In this document: in pieces, positions 12,740 to 24,830 of the stretch
How the letters are laid out: every line of letters starts with the position of its first letter
Position numbering within the stretch: the stretch's first letter is position 1
Source: Oopsacas minuta
Lineage: Eukaryota > Animalia > Porifera
Assembly: GCA_024704765.1 (NCBI GenBank)
Contig: JAKMXF010000332.1
Span: 664,018-728,017 of the forward strand
Direction: 5' to 3'
Length of the DNA: 64,000 nt
The notes under the pieces: model-generated
Databases searched by the model: none
Seen by the model: the letters and a program-made list of their open reading frames with translations, nothing else
Told to the model about the DNA's origin: nothing
Program-made: the position numbers and the translations under genes

Positions 12740-14541
12740 CAGGGTGGGCCACGGGATTCTGATCAAAAGTAAATTGCTATCATTTGAAAACGAAAAAATA
12801 GAACTTAATTCTGTAAAAAGATTTTGAATCATATACCACAATAGTCGAACTTCTCTCAAGTATTAGCAATGTACTTGAGAAGAGGATCATCACCAGTCTC
12901 TGTGCTAGCCCATATTATTCATTAATGGCAGATGAAAGTACGGATGTAGCATCACAAGAAGAGTTGTCAGTATGCGCACGTTGGATAGAAGATAATACAC
13001 CAGTAGAACAATTTCTTGGAATTTTGCATGCGAAGGAGAAAAATGCTCAAGCGATCGCTTGTTAGCTTCGAACCTTTCTTCATTCCAAAAATATTGGTTT
13101 TGGTAAGATGCGTGGACTTGGTTTTGATAATACAAATATTATGTCGGGTCACAGAAGTGGTGTTCAAATACGGCTAAGATTACATGCACCAAGCTCTATC
13201 TATGTGCACTGTCGCTGCCATAAGCTTCAACTTCTGCATTAAATGCTGCATCAGAACATACAGTGGTGAAGAGAGTTTTGGGTACGCTATTAACAATCTG
13301 GAAGGCTTTACACTTTTCTCCCAAAAAAGCTGAGAAACTTGCTGAGATTCAAGATGAACTTCAGACTCCTGAATTCAAAATGCAGAAGCCTAGTGATACT
13401 CAGTGATTAGCCCTTGGGAGAGCTGTGTCTGTTGTGCGACGGAGATTACCAGGTTAGTCAGTACATTGAAGAGATTTACGCAGAAACTGGGGATGCAGAA
13501 TTATATGGAATTGCAAGTCTCTCAGTGAAGTACAAGACTGTCGCATGTATTTACATGCTATTAGATGTTCTTCATATCTTAGCGAAGTTGCAAGGAAGTC
13601 TACAAGCCAAGGATATTGATCTTGCGAGTGTGCCATTGATGGTTGCTAGTACTACTAAACGGCTGTTGGAGCTCAAAGAGGATTTAACAAGCAGCACATG
13701 GTTCAAGGAATATTCTTTGGTTTTTACTGATGATGCTCAATTAGGGGAGAAACACATCGTGGTATTGGAAGAAGAGAAGAGTGAATTTCTTCACAAGGTG
13801 TATCGACCATACCTCCAAAGTGTCATAGATCATATTAATGTCAGGATGCAATCTATTGAACTCATTTCAGCCATGTCTGTTTTTGACTCTCGCCATCTTC
13901 CTGGTACAGAAGAAGAATTATCAGAGTATGGAATGGAACAGATTAAGACACTCACGAATTTTTATAGTGTAGAACAAAGAATCAATGTAGGAGGAGATAA
14001 AGGTATATCACAGCCTGACATCGAAGCTAAAGAAACTGAGTCAGAGTGGAAATAGTTTCGACGCTTAATTTTTCTACAGTACAAAGGTAGGTCCTTACAA
14101 TTTGTACACTCACGACTGTAGGGGAACGGAGAGATATATGCTGCATTTCCAAACTTGGCAAAGATAGCCGCTATTTTGGAAGTATTACCAGTGACAACAG
14201 CCACAATCGAAAGGAATTTCAGCAATATGAAATTAATGAAAACGAGACTTCGCAGCCGAATGAGTGAAGAGACACTTGATTATTGTATGCGCATATGTGT
14301 TGAAGGTCCTGATCACCTATCTGATGAAAATTTAGAGGCAGTATTGGCGCATTATAAAGGAATGAGAATTAGAATTATCAATTTGTGAGTGGCTCTTTCA
14401 TGTTTTACTAACAATAGAAATATTCATTATTGGGAATTAAATTATATGTTTGGTGTTTACTTCAAGGTTGTAATATTTGATAATTGGGTACTAAGGATTT
14501 CAAAGCTTCCCCCCAAATTTAACATCCTAGATAGTACCCTG
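12740..14541 (+). mobile_element. hAT element with decayed ZNF862-like transposase, probably 5'-truncated
   Basis: YSLMADESTDVASQEELS, GFDNTNIMSG, YVHCRCHKLQL, KPSDT, VTTATIERNFSNMKLMKTRLRSRM (hAT dimerisation domain). Many stops and frameshifts. CAGGGT...ACCCTG ends but no matching 8-bp TSD. Confidence 0.8.
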
Positions 14542-14618
14542 ATTTCTATAAATATTTTCTTTTATTTCATCCATTCATAAACATACTCCTTTATTTTCAT
14601 CACTTTCTTCCTACAATC

Positions 14619-15400
14619 CACAGTGGCTTTAATTCGTAATTTAGTAGATATAGGTATTAGTTTACTACTTAGCTATTTTAAATTTACTATTGAAGTATTG
14701 GAAATCAGTGGTCGCTAGTAGAATGCAACTATCATAATTTATTTAGGATTTCGCATTATGTTTATTTTCAGGTATTCTTAAGTTTGGCAAAAACATTATT
14801 ATGGTTGAATGTTTATATTTTTTGTAACCCATGAACTTTAATAATATTACCCATATGATGTGAAATTTGGAAATTGTTTTTATCTCCAATAAACTTAATC
14901 CATCATTTTGCTAAAATATTTAATTAACCGCCCTGTAAGTCTCATGCGATAAGGATGACAAAATTCTCCACATATTTTACAATTAGTTTGCTGTCGGTAG
15001 CTCGCTTGAACAAGGTCACTTTGACTAAGGGAATATACAAACACATCCTTGGAGTTTGATTGAGATGACATTTTTCTGGCAAGATGTTCGCCGCATTTTC
15101 TAATCAATGTATTGCATGCCTCGACTGCTTCTTCAGAAGAGTCCTTAAGTCCGAAACCATAGTTACAATCTTTGATTAATCCTGGAGGATGAGCTTATAA
15201 TTCTGTGAAGTGATGGAGTTATACTTGCCCATGGAAATCGATAAATGTTGATTCATATGTCACTTTGCAAAGCGAATCCAATTTGTCTGTGTCAATTGCA
15301 TGATTCTAGTTAAAGTCGCGTGACATTACGGAAGTTTGGTTTGTATAGTACGTATAGATTCACTCAGATCTGGTGGGACCATGATACGCACCCATTAGAT
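14619..15400 (-). pseudogene. RAG1-like/Transib transposase C-terminal fragment with putative 3' TIR
   Basis: With frameshifts: IDTDKLDSLCKVTYE...PWASITPSLHRII/AH...GLKDSSEEAVEACNTLIRKCGEHLARK...QSD...CKICGEFCH. CACAGTG at 14619-14625, about 330 bp past the CxxC motif. Confidence 0.75.
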
Positions 15401-16482
15401 GAAGTTTATATCAGCATGGAGGAATGTATTTTGAAGTGATCCAGTTAGGCCGCAGCAGCCTTAAGAAAGTGGTCCGGTTAATATCTCACTTAATATAGCA
15501 CTACTAAACTAACAACACCAAAAGTGATTTAAACCAGACAGTGCCGGCTATATCATACGTCTACTGTATTCAAATCTAATAAAACAGAAGTTGGTTGTGT
15601 CTTATTGTACCTATTTTTGAAATTCTTGAAGAGGCATAGTGAGTGTAGATATACTTGTGTCTCACTTCTAGGATAACAACAAACTGCCCAACTGTTTAAT
15701 CTCAAATAAACGGGGTTTATTTGAGGCCTTGGACGACTTAAGTACGTAAACTATGTAGATTCAGGCGTAGTCCTGCTATCCTACCCCTCGGTTATGTATT
15801 ACTATATCTGATTCCTTATTAATGGCTTAGCTATAATACAGCTTTTCGTAATAATACATAAACATCATGGCATCATTCGAAATGGTGACTCTCCTTAATC
15901 CGAAAAAATGACCTCTCCTTGATGATTGAATAGCTAATACAAAAACATCGTGCTTAGTATAGCTATTTATATGTTATTGTTTCCTTTCTCTGCTGTTTCT
16001 ATATTTACTGCTAGTAGCTTACTTATTATGCACATATCGATAGTCGTGTCCAGGTCCTCAATCGGGTCCTGGAAATATGTGAACATTTATGGGGGAATGG
16101 ACCCCAAATTGTGCGAGCATTTGACATATTGACTTATGACATTACACAGGTCAAATTATTTTCTCTCCAATAACCTACGTATAAGATAAGACAGGACATT
16201 TGACATTTGAAATGGCCCAATATTGGGAAAATTGAAAAATTTCCTATAGAATCCCCAACTTTGACCCATCTAGGTGGAAAGTACTAACAACACATATGGG
16301 CATTAATGGCTCCTAATTTTTTGGAGCGCGCTTTGAGCCAAAGAGGTAGCTCACTCCCACCTCCGCCCGTTTCCGATCTAATTGCAATGTACAACGTCAA
16401 ACCGTTTCAATTAATTATCAATTATACAAAAGTGTCCCAGCATCCACTTTTATTGCAAGAATACTGAATTTGATCCAAAATA

Positions 16483-17813
16483 ATAGGGCGTTCAACAAGT
16501 CCTGCGGGCGATACCATAGAATATGATGCAAACATTATACACACTAATTCACTATATTATTTATTCAAAGTAATCATCTCCTGCAGATACACAAAGTTTT
16601 AACCTTTCCACCCACTTGTAAAACACATTTCTGTACTCTTCTTCGGGGATTGATTTGAAGTACTGGTACAGGCCCGTTCCGAGTGCTTGTAATGTGTTAA
16701 AATCTTTGCCTTGAAGGAAGATTTTAACCTTGGGGAATAGCCAAAATCACATGGAGCTAGGTCTGGTGAGTATGATGGATGGGGAAGTAATTCTAACCCT
16801 TCTACATCCAAGAAATATTTGGTAAGCTTAGCTGTATGGGAACTGGTGTTATCAATTAAAATCTTCATTCTTCAAGTTCCTGTTTTCGGGAAGTACTTTT
16901 CTATATTTTTTATCAAATTTGGAAGCACTTGCTCTGTAAAGAAAGTAGCAGTAATAGCCTTGCCACTCTCACAAGGTAATTGCGAGACAATTCCATGACT
17001 ACTGAAGAAGATGGTATACATAATCTTAACTTTTCTGAAGTCTGACCTAGGAATTTTGCCGGTTGTTCGTCGCCCCTCACCCATGATCGCTTCTTATACT
17101 TGCTATAGGGTGTTGAATAGTACACCACGTCTCGTCACCAGTAATAATCTCTGGTGGGCGTCTAGAATCGCAGTCCTCATAAGTTTGCAAGAGTTTCTTG
17201 GCAATATTCAGTCGTGCCAAACTTTGATTCTCACTGAGCTTATACGGGACCCATTTCCCACAAATCGATCGGTAGCCAAGCTCAGTCGTCAGAATTGTAT
17301 GAATAGCTCCCGATGAAATCTCTATACTTTGTTCTAACTGATTGACAGTAATGCACTTGTCTTCCAGACTATACTTTCAATGAGTGCAATATTCTCTGAA
17401 GTGGTGGCGGATACCGGTCTTCCAGATCGAGGCAAATCTGTGATATCAGCATCACCAGATCTAAGACCGGCAGCCCATCGCTCTACAGCAGATCTGGAAG
17501 GGCAATCCACGCACAATATCTCCTGTAACTCACTGAAGATCTGTACGGGCTGGATCTTGAGTATTGTGCGAAACTCTTTGTAAGCTCGCCATTTGAGGTT
17601 GAAATTATCATCCTTTGAAGCCATAAATTCAACAGTGGGTATAAATTGACTACTCGTAACTATCCCAAAAATTCATAATTTGTATTGAATACGCTTGAAA
17701 CTTTCAGTATATGGAGTTTAACTATATGGGCTTATAATATATGAAAGTTAGATATATTACTTGACTAATTCCTAAGATGTATCATGACCCGCAAGACTTA
17801 TTGAACGCCCTCA
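16483..17813 (-). mobile_element. mariner element (copy A), 1331 bp, frameshifted transposase
   Basis: About 30-bp TIRs (AGGGCGTTCAA...), TA on both sides, TGDETW and YSPDLAPCD motifs. Near-identical to 56438-57768. Confidence 0.95.
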
Positions 17814-17989
17814 TAATGATGATTTTTGTGAATTGTTTTGCAATATGATAGGAGCGCGCTTCAGGTCCTGTTCTTCAAGATTTGAGGGCGCTCCTTTACC
17901 CTCATAATGATGATTTTTGTGAATTGTTTTGCAATATGATAGGAGCGCGCTTCAGGTCCTGTTCTTCAAGATTTGAGGGCGCTCCTTTA
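17808..17989. repeat. exact 91-bp tandem duplication at the mariner end
   Basis: 17808-17898 equals 17899-17989. The unit starts with the last 6 nt of the TIR plus TA. Confidence 0.95.
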
Positions 17990-19180
17990 ATGCTCTGCAA
18001 CACAGTGTATCTCTGTAACATATTTTTGGCCTACGAGCGATGAACAAAGAAAGGGACAAGTACGAGCGACTTGAATTATTATAATACAAAAATCTAAAAA
18101 ATCTAAAACAATCTACACTACCGAATAAATGTACTCGCACACAACTAATTCTACAATTGTAAATCTTGGAAATTCTGTAAATATTTCAATATACATAGGA
18201 TAATAGCTTAAAGAACTATCTAACTGTCTTAGTTAACATTGTCCTGACTATATTGATTAATGTTTTTCTATGTAGATATTTTATTGGCCACTTTTGCTTA
18301 TTAAATAGAGCTAATTAAATATTCAATTCCAGATTGCATTAAATTCAAATGGGAACCAATTTTGATAATATTTGAATTCTACACAGTTTGACAATTTTGA
18401 ATTGGTTTGAGTAGATGTTGTTGACGTATTAGCATTTTTATTTATGTGCTACATGTAACTGAAGTGGCAAATATCCAATATGTGTGCACCAGCTATGTAG
18501 ATACATTTGGCAAAAGCGACTTTTTCTCCGAAAAATGCGAAACAGAAATATAATTATTAAACACTCCAATTCTCCAAAATATGTCTAGTTGCGAGCGCTA
18601 GTAGAATATCTACGTAGCATATCATGAAGAATGCCCCTTGAAGTGAATTTCTGTTGAGCGAAATATATAATTTACTAAAGTTATATTTAGTAGAACCTAT
18701 GACAATTTACACTTCCGAAAGATAATATTTGGCCTTGAAAATGTTTAAGAATTGTCAATGAGCAACATTCAATAAATACACATGAATATTTTGCTGATCT
18801 TATATATAAAAATCTATATGCTTTAGATGATCTAATAGTCATGATATTGGGAAAGATTTCATCTTTAAATGTGGCTATATTACACTTTCAAGTTATTATA
18901 GCATGCAGTATAATATTACTCTGCATTTATTATTATTTATATAAATCAACTTATTGCTAATGAAGTATTTTCATTTTTTCAATGTGAGGAATATATGCAA
19001 TAAGAAAATTAGTTTGGTGGTAAATATTTGCAAACGAGCCGTTTCGCTTTCGCCCGCTTTCCGGCTTGCAAAAACTATATCTTCCATGCGACTCTGCACT
19101 TCTTGTCTCGAATTCACTAAGTATAAACTTACAAAATTGGGTAAATATGATTATTTCAACAATACGTGTTATTTAACATC

Positions 19181-19402
19181 AAGGTTGCAACCGAATATTA
19201 TATGTGAAATAGTTCAATACTCGGTTACAAACCGAATATTTGTATTCAGTATTTGGTTTGCGCAATCCGAATATTATCAGTATTGTTCTGTTAATTTTAC
19301 CGAATATTTCAGTATTCTGTTGGCCAAATCAATAATATCAGTATTCGGTTAAGTTACTATTCATGAATACTGATATATATTCGTTCGATTGGTTTCAACC
19401 TT
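19181..19402. mobile_element. MITE with AAGGTTG(C/A)AACC termini and TATTCGG/CCGAATA repeats
   Basis: Inverted termini. A second copy lies at 40563-40739. Confidence 0.65.
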
Positions 19403-19429
19403 ACTTAATATTCATAAAAACTTGAAAGA

Positions 19430-20055
19430 ATTTCCTCAAGAGAAAATTGAATTTGTGAAATTCGGATCCTTTTATGACCATCTATACCCAATAAGAGTAA
19501 GTCTCTACTTATATTTTTAGATTTTCAATGTTGTTTACTTTATATTCCTGATAACGACAATAACTTTATATAAGAGAAATGAAAATGCGAAATTCGGGTA
19601 ATGCATATCTTGTTGTGCCGTTGCACTGTAATGGCAAGTCTCTAAGTATATTTCGAGATTTCAACTATTAGTTTACTCTCTCTTCATAAAACAACAAATA
19701 ATTTTGCATATGAGAAACTTGAAAATGCAAAATTCGGATTCATCGTACTTGATTACCTCTATGTCTGTTGAGAGCAAGTCTCTAAGTGTATTTCGAGATA
19801 TCAACTATTTGTTACTTTCTATTCATATAATCAACAAGTATATTTTGTTATGACCAAGTCGAATGTGTTATATCGGAATCAGCATACTCGTTTAATTTAC
19901 ATTTGCTAAATCGTCAACAGAAAGCATTTGTTATTCCCTATGCATATATAGGTAGACAATTATTCCATATCATTATAATCGAAGTGGACAAACAAATAAA
20001 CAAACAAACACACTCGCACAATAATTGAGTCTTAATGATATACATTAATAAGGAT
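19430..20055 (-). mobile_element. Helitron-like non-autonomous element with about 140-bp internal tandem repeats
   Basis: About 3 degenerate units (aaaatgc.aaattcgg...caagtctctaagt.tatttcgagat), core motif at about 19875, (TTTG)n microsatellite, and a minus-strand 5' end A|TCCTTATTAAT at about 20052. Confidence 0.45.
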
Positions 20056-22312
20056 AATTTATCCGCCCCATTCTTAATTGGTTCTCCACCACTGTCCATT
20101 GTTATACTGTTTGATTTACTTGTGGGTCGATTTGTAACCGTTTCCAATCTATCAAATACCTGTGTGAACATGAATTGAGTAATTCTTTAGTTAGCAATTA
20201 ATACTGTGTCGGAATTTATAGCTTCGATGGATTAGGGCGATCACTAAATATTCTCTTACGCCTCATACTACTCTCGAGGTCAAAATTGCGGGTGGAGAAA
20301 AACATTTAGATGTCATAGATGGTTTGACTACAATCGACTCCGCTTTCTGGGACACATCGGATCTGGCCCTTTTGCTTGATTAAGCTGAGTTCAGCCAGAA
20401 TATGACAAATTCTACATCATGTGAATAATACATATATCTTTAACATAAAGTGCAAAATTTGGATATTACATATATTCATACTTTATATCCTTGAGTATTA
20501 CCGTCTGTATTTGTGATATAAAGGTTTACCATTCTAAGTGTTAGATATCTGTTTTGTTCGTATGCTGTAATTTTGCAGCTTCTAAACTCATACATCCACA
20601 GTGTCAGCTATTATAAGAATATTGTGGTTGCAGTGACGTAATGTTGTCATGATGGAACAATCACTTTGTCATATCACAGAAAATATTTGACCAATAAATA
20701 TATTTTTCATGAAAACATATTCACATCAACTATTAGTAACTATTTATTTGATAAAATAGTTGAGAAGAATGAGGACATTTTCTGTTCTCGTAGCCCTATG
20801 GCAGTGCTGCAACACCTGCACGACACCTTTGAATTCCAATAGGTTTAGTACCTTAAAGAACATCTTAATATTTGCACCACATGTGACAGTAGTGTACTCC
20901 ACTTTTATGAACAGAATTGTTGCAAATATTAGCTCTATTTCCAACATTACAAATTATTACAAGCTCGTGTTGAAAGACCTCAAATGATTTTTATATTATA
21001 TTTGATTGTGTTTTCACTATTCTAGTGATCCACTTCTGCCCTATGTGGTACAATTGGTACAATGTAAATTCTCAACAAGAATTACTCTAAACAACTCTGA
21101 ATATTGATTCTGGGCTAATTAGGACCCTTTGAATTAACATTTGCAGTCGTAATTGTCTATCTAATTCAATAACACATAATATTGCCTTAGAATGACCATT
21201 ATCACTTGGCCTTCCCATTGTTTCTTTTTAAGTTAATATAGCAACATTTTTACTCTTTTATATTTTTGAGGCAGCTCATGTTGCCATAATTTCTTACAAC
21301 TATTTTGTGTAACCTATGTTTCTAATATTACTTAATTATCTAGACAATCTTCAGTTATTTCTACCTATATACTTTGATATTTAGACAATATTCTAGCGAA
21401 GTGCTGTGTATACACCACCTAGAAATACTTTCGTGAGCAAGAGGATCTATTCCTTTATAGTGTATATTCACAACAGATACCCTTTACCCAATCTAAATAC
21501 TTAAGAATACTAAATATGGATTATGAGTATGATGCCAGGACTAATTTATGTTGCTCGAACCCCAGCGTAATTTGGAGAACCCCTTTTGTGCACCTCCGTA
21601 ATTCAAGTAACTTATTTTTGGCAGTTGTAAGCCAATAATTGAGTTATTTATTGATATGCCAAACGAACTTTTCCCTCCGATACTTGCCCCCAACCTCTAC
21701 CCTCCGTTCGCCAAATCCTCACTCCGCCTGTAGATGATAACTTACGCATTTGCATTTCAAGTTATATTAATGCATGCTATATTTATGCAGATTATCTCTA
21801 AATGCATACATATTCTCTGTATCTTTATGACAGATTGTTATTCCGGGCAGTTAAGCTGATATGTATTGGCACATATGGTCTGCACTAAACAATTCTGATT
21901 CTATGCATTTCTCCTTGTTTCTTGTAAACACTGTACCTGGGACCATAATTGCTTGTCCTTTAATGATCTACAAACTCAATAAAGTAGTGATAAAACAGAT
22001 CATTGTAATGGTGCTGAATGCTTAGGAATACTTTTAAGAGCCAATGTCATCTCTATACATTAATCGCTTTGGAATTCAAATACAATTGGGACAGTCCGAA
22101 CAGTTGGTACTTGGCCAGCATCTTCTTTTCTATCTGCCCATACGTGTATTATCCTTATTTTGTTGTTCTGCCCAGAGGAGTGACTTAGTATTTTGTCATG
22201 GATTTTAGTTGATATAAACTTACTGATTGTGTGAGCCCAATAACCTAGAGTCCTAAACCAGTTATGTTTTGTTGTGTAAATCAACAGTTTTCATTTAATT
22301 ACCATGGATTCC

Positions 22313-22733
22313 CAGGGTTTTAGATTTGATTGATATTTCATTCAAGTCCAAATGAAATCAATTCTAATCAAATCCAAATTTAATCACTCGGTAATATGAG
22401 TTCCGGATATTATAAGACCTACTAATATATCCGGGCCCTGCCTACGTACGTAATGCGAATGTCTACTGCATGTACTCATGTGTGATAATAATGATCACAG
22501 GCTGTAGTACACTAATAAATTTCTGGGTTACCACGACAATGTACTATATTTTATTGACAGATCCTAGCAACGGATTTAATATATGCATACTTAAAGCTGA
22601 ATTCAATTTTAAAATGGATTTGATTCAGACATTAAATCAAATCCAAATCAAATCATTTTTCTATTTAAAATGTATCAAATCCATCCCAATCAATTCCTAA
22701 CCAAATCAAAATCAAATCAGATTCATAACTCTG
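22313..22733. mobile_element. MITE with AAATCAAATCC repeats
   Basis: Imperfect TIR CAG(G/A)GTT(T/A)T(A/G)(G/A)AT(T/C)TGA at both ends. TSD not clearly preserved. Confidence 0.55.
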
Positions 22734-24629
22734 GAGATTTCTAGTACAGCCTACTTACACATTAGTTTTCTCTTTTCGAATTATTCTATTGTTATCGTCA
22801 ACCATATTTGAGTATTAATAATTTGATTTTCTCTACAATTTACTTATTCATGATCCCATATATATGTTCTACATTACCTAATACTTCAGGCGCAACTTAA
22901 TATATGCATATATTCACCCGTATATTGATCCTCTGTTCGCGTGCGCATGGAGCGAGGAAAGATTTTGTGGATAGTGTATTAAGATCTTTCGATTAAAGAT
23001 CATACGATCCGCATCTGGATCCTTATTGAGGATCGGGTTCGGATCGATAATTTTCTGAATGGATCCCAATCCCTCCAAATATTTACAAATACTAATGCTA
23101 TATTCTTATATAAGACAGAATAACCCGCACAAGTAGTTACAAACTCGAAACTCGAGACTCAATCTATAGTCACTTTTATTTCATTTGCTCAATGATCCAA
23201 AATCCAAAAGGGACATTAGAGGTAGATAGCATAGTCTAAACCTGTTTCTTGTACTTATCATTTTTTCAAATTTTATTTAGTTCTCAGATGTAAATAATGT
23301 GGGATTTACATATATTTTCCTTCTCTTATTTACTATATTGCCTTAAAAAAACACGTGTTAGGAAATTCTGGTTTCGGCAGTATGTATAATGAATGTTGTT
23401 ACTATATATGTACTAACAAATATTTACTTATAGAAGAGTGGTTCAAACACTTAAATAGTATTACTTAAATAAATATTGTATTAATCTTTTAATTATTTTC
23501 TTGCCAGAAATGTATGTATGAATAAAATAGATAATCATATCATAAGTTATTGTCGAAACTTTCACCTATAATACTCCAAATATTTAGAAACGCTTTTGAA
23601 AATGTTCAGAATCTTTGACAAATATGCATCTGGTGAAGAGAGAGTCATAATTTTGTGACCATGGACCCTTCAGGCCCAGGCTCTAGGATTCCCACCCTCC
23701 CGAAGCCGCGGCGAATAGTTGCAGGATTGCTGGAAAATTCCAACTGTTAGATTGTCGCGAAATATTGGTACCTGCTAACATAATTTAAAGATCATATTTG
23801 GCCTAACCAAAATTGTACTGTCCGAGATTTCTCATATATTTTATAGCTAATTCGGAAGATGAATGACGGAAACAGTGTATATTTTGAGTAGTCGGACATA
23901 GGGTAGGTGGCAGAATAGCGTTCGACACATTTCGTTGAAATACGAATGTCAACTTTCTCAAATTCTCCCAGCGAAATAAATTTCTGGAAAGATGCAGCAC
24001 TAATTCATACTAGCAATCAATGGAATCACTCTATCCTTATGCACGCATTACCTTCGGTATTGAAATCTCGATTAGTGTAAAGTTTGGAGCTATATCACTC
24101 ATTGTTTTTGTGTTATAGCTTCAAAGCCAAGCCGGAATGTGATCTACAATCCATTCAAACATACGTAGGCGGCGCCTTATCTAGGTGGGCACTGACTGGC
24201 AAGGGTCTACTTTTGGTTGTTCGTATTGAATATTGTATTTCAATGCAACTGATCCTACTTGTCACGCTAGGCGTAAATATAGAGAGGTCCGAAATATTGA
24301 ATGCGAAAAGTGATCAACCTTAGAGCAAATGAAACTAGTTATTGAAATAACGAACAGTATCTTAATAATTCATATTTTGTTACATGTAGCTCTTCAGGGT
24401 GATTATCCCAATTATGGTTCTGTAAAAGTTGCTTTTGAATTATATTTCTGAAATCGTGGGATTATTTTATGTGTATATTTGTATCTCTTAGTAACCCTCA
24501 ATTTCTCCTCCGCTTTAGGGCTATCGCTTACATAACACTGTCACTTATCTAATTATTACTATATCATAATTGAGTTATGTTGGTCTTTGAAACAATAAAG
24601 AACAGAACCTATTTTCCGTCTTGTAATGC

Positions 24630-24830
24630 TACTAGCGCGCTTCGCTATGCTAGGTCGCTGCGACTCAACTTAGTTCCTCAGGTTAGCTTATGTAATAAAC
24701 AGCTATACTTCTTTGCGATTTTGTCGCTACATTTTCGGGAATACTCGGCCCTAGCTGCCTTGAGGTGAAATTTCCCGAAAAATTAAATATTGCATTATCC
24801 ATGGTCCATCCACATTCCATTAATGGCTTT
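24630..24830 (-). repeat. dispersed repeat with Helitron-like CTAG 3' end
   Basis: GCTAACCTGAGG(A/C)ACTAAG..GCAGC..GCGAAGCGCGCTAGT also seen at about 33045-33090 (+) and, degenerate, at about 48960-49110 (+). Confidence 0.45.

Noticed and set aside
12740-12750. CAGGGTGGGCC as the true left TIR of the hAT element
   Set aside because: Only 6 bp match the right end and the 8-bp flanks (cttaaatg vs atttctat) differ, so the left boundary is uncertain.
20744-22284. Short ORFs on both strands as a nested gene
   Set aside because: No recognisable domain and no consistent chain of splice phases could be built.
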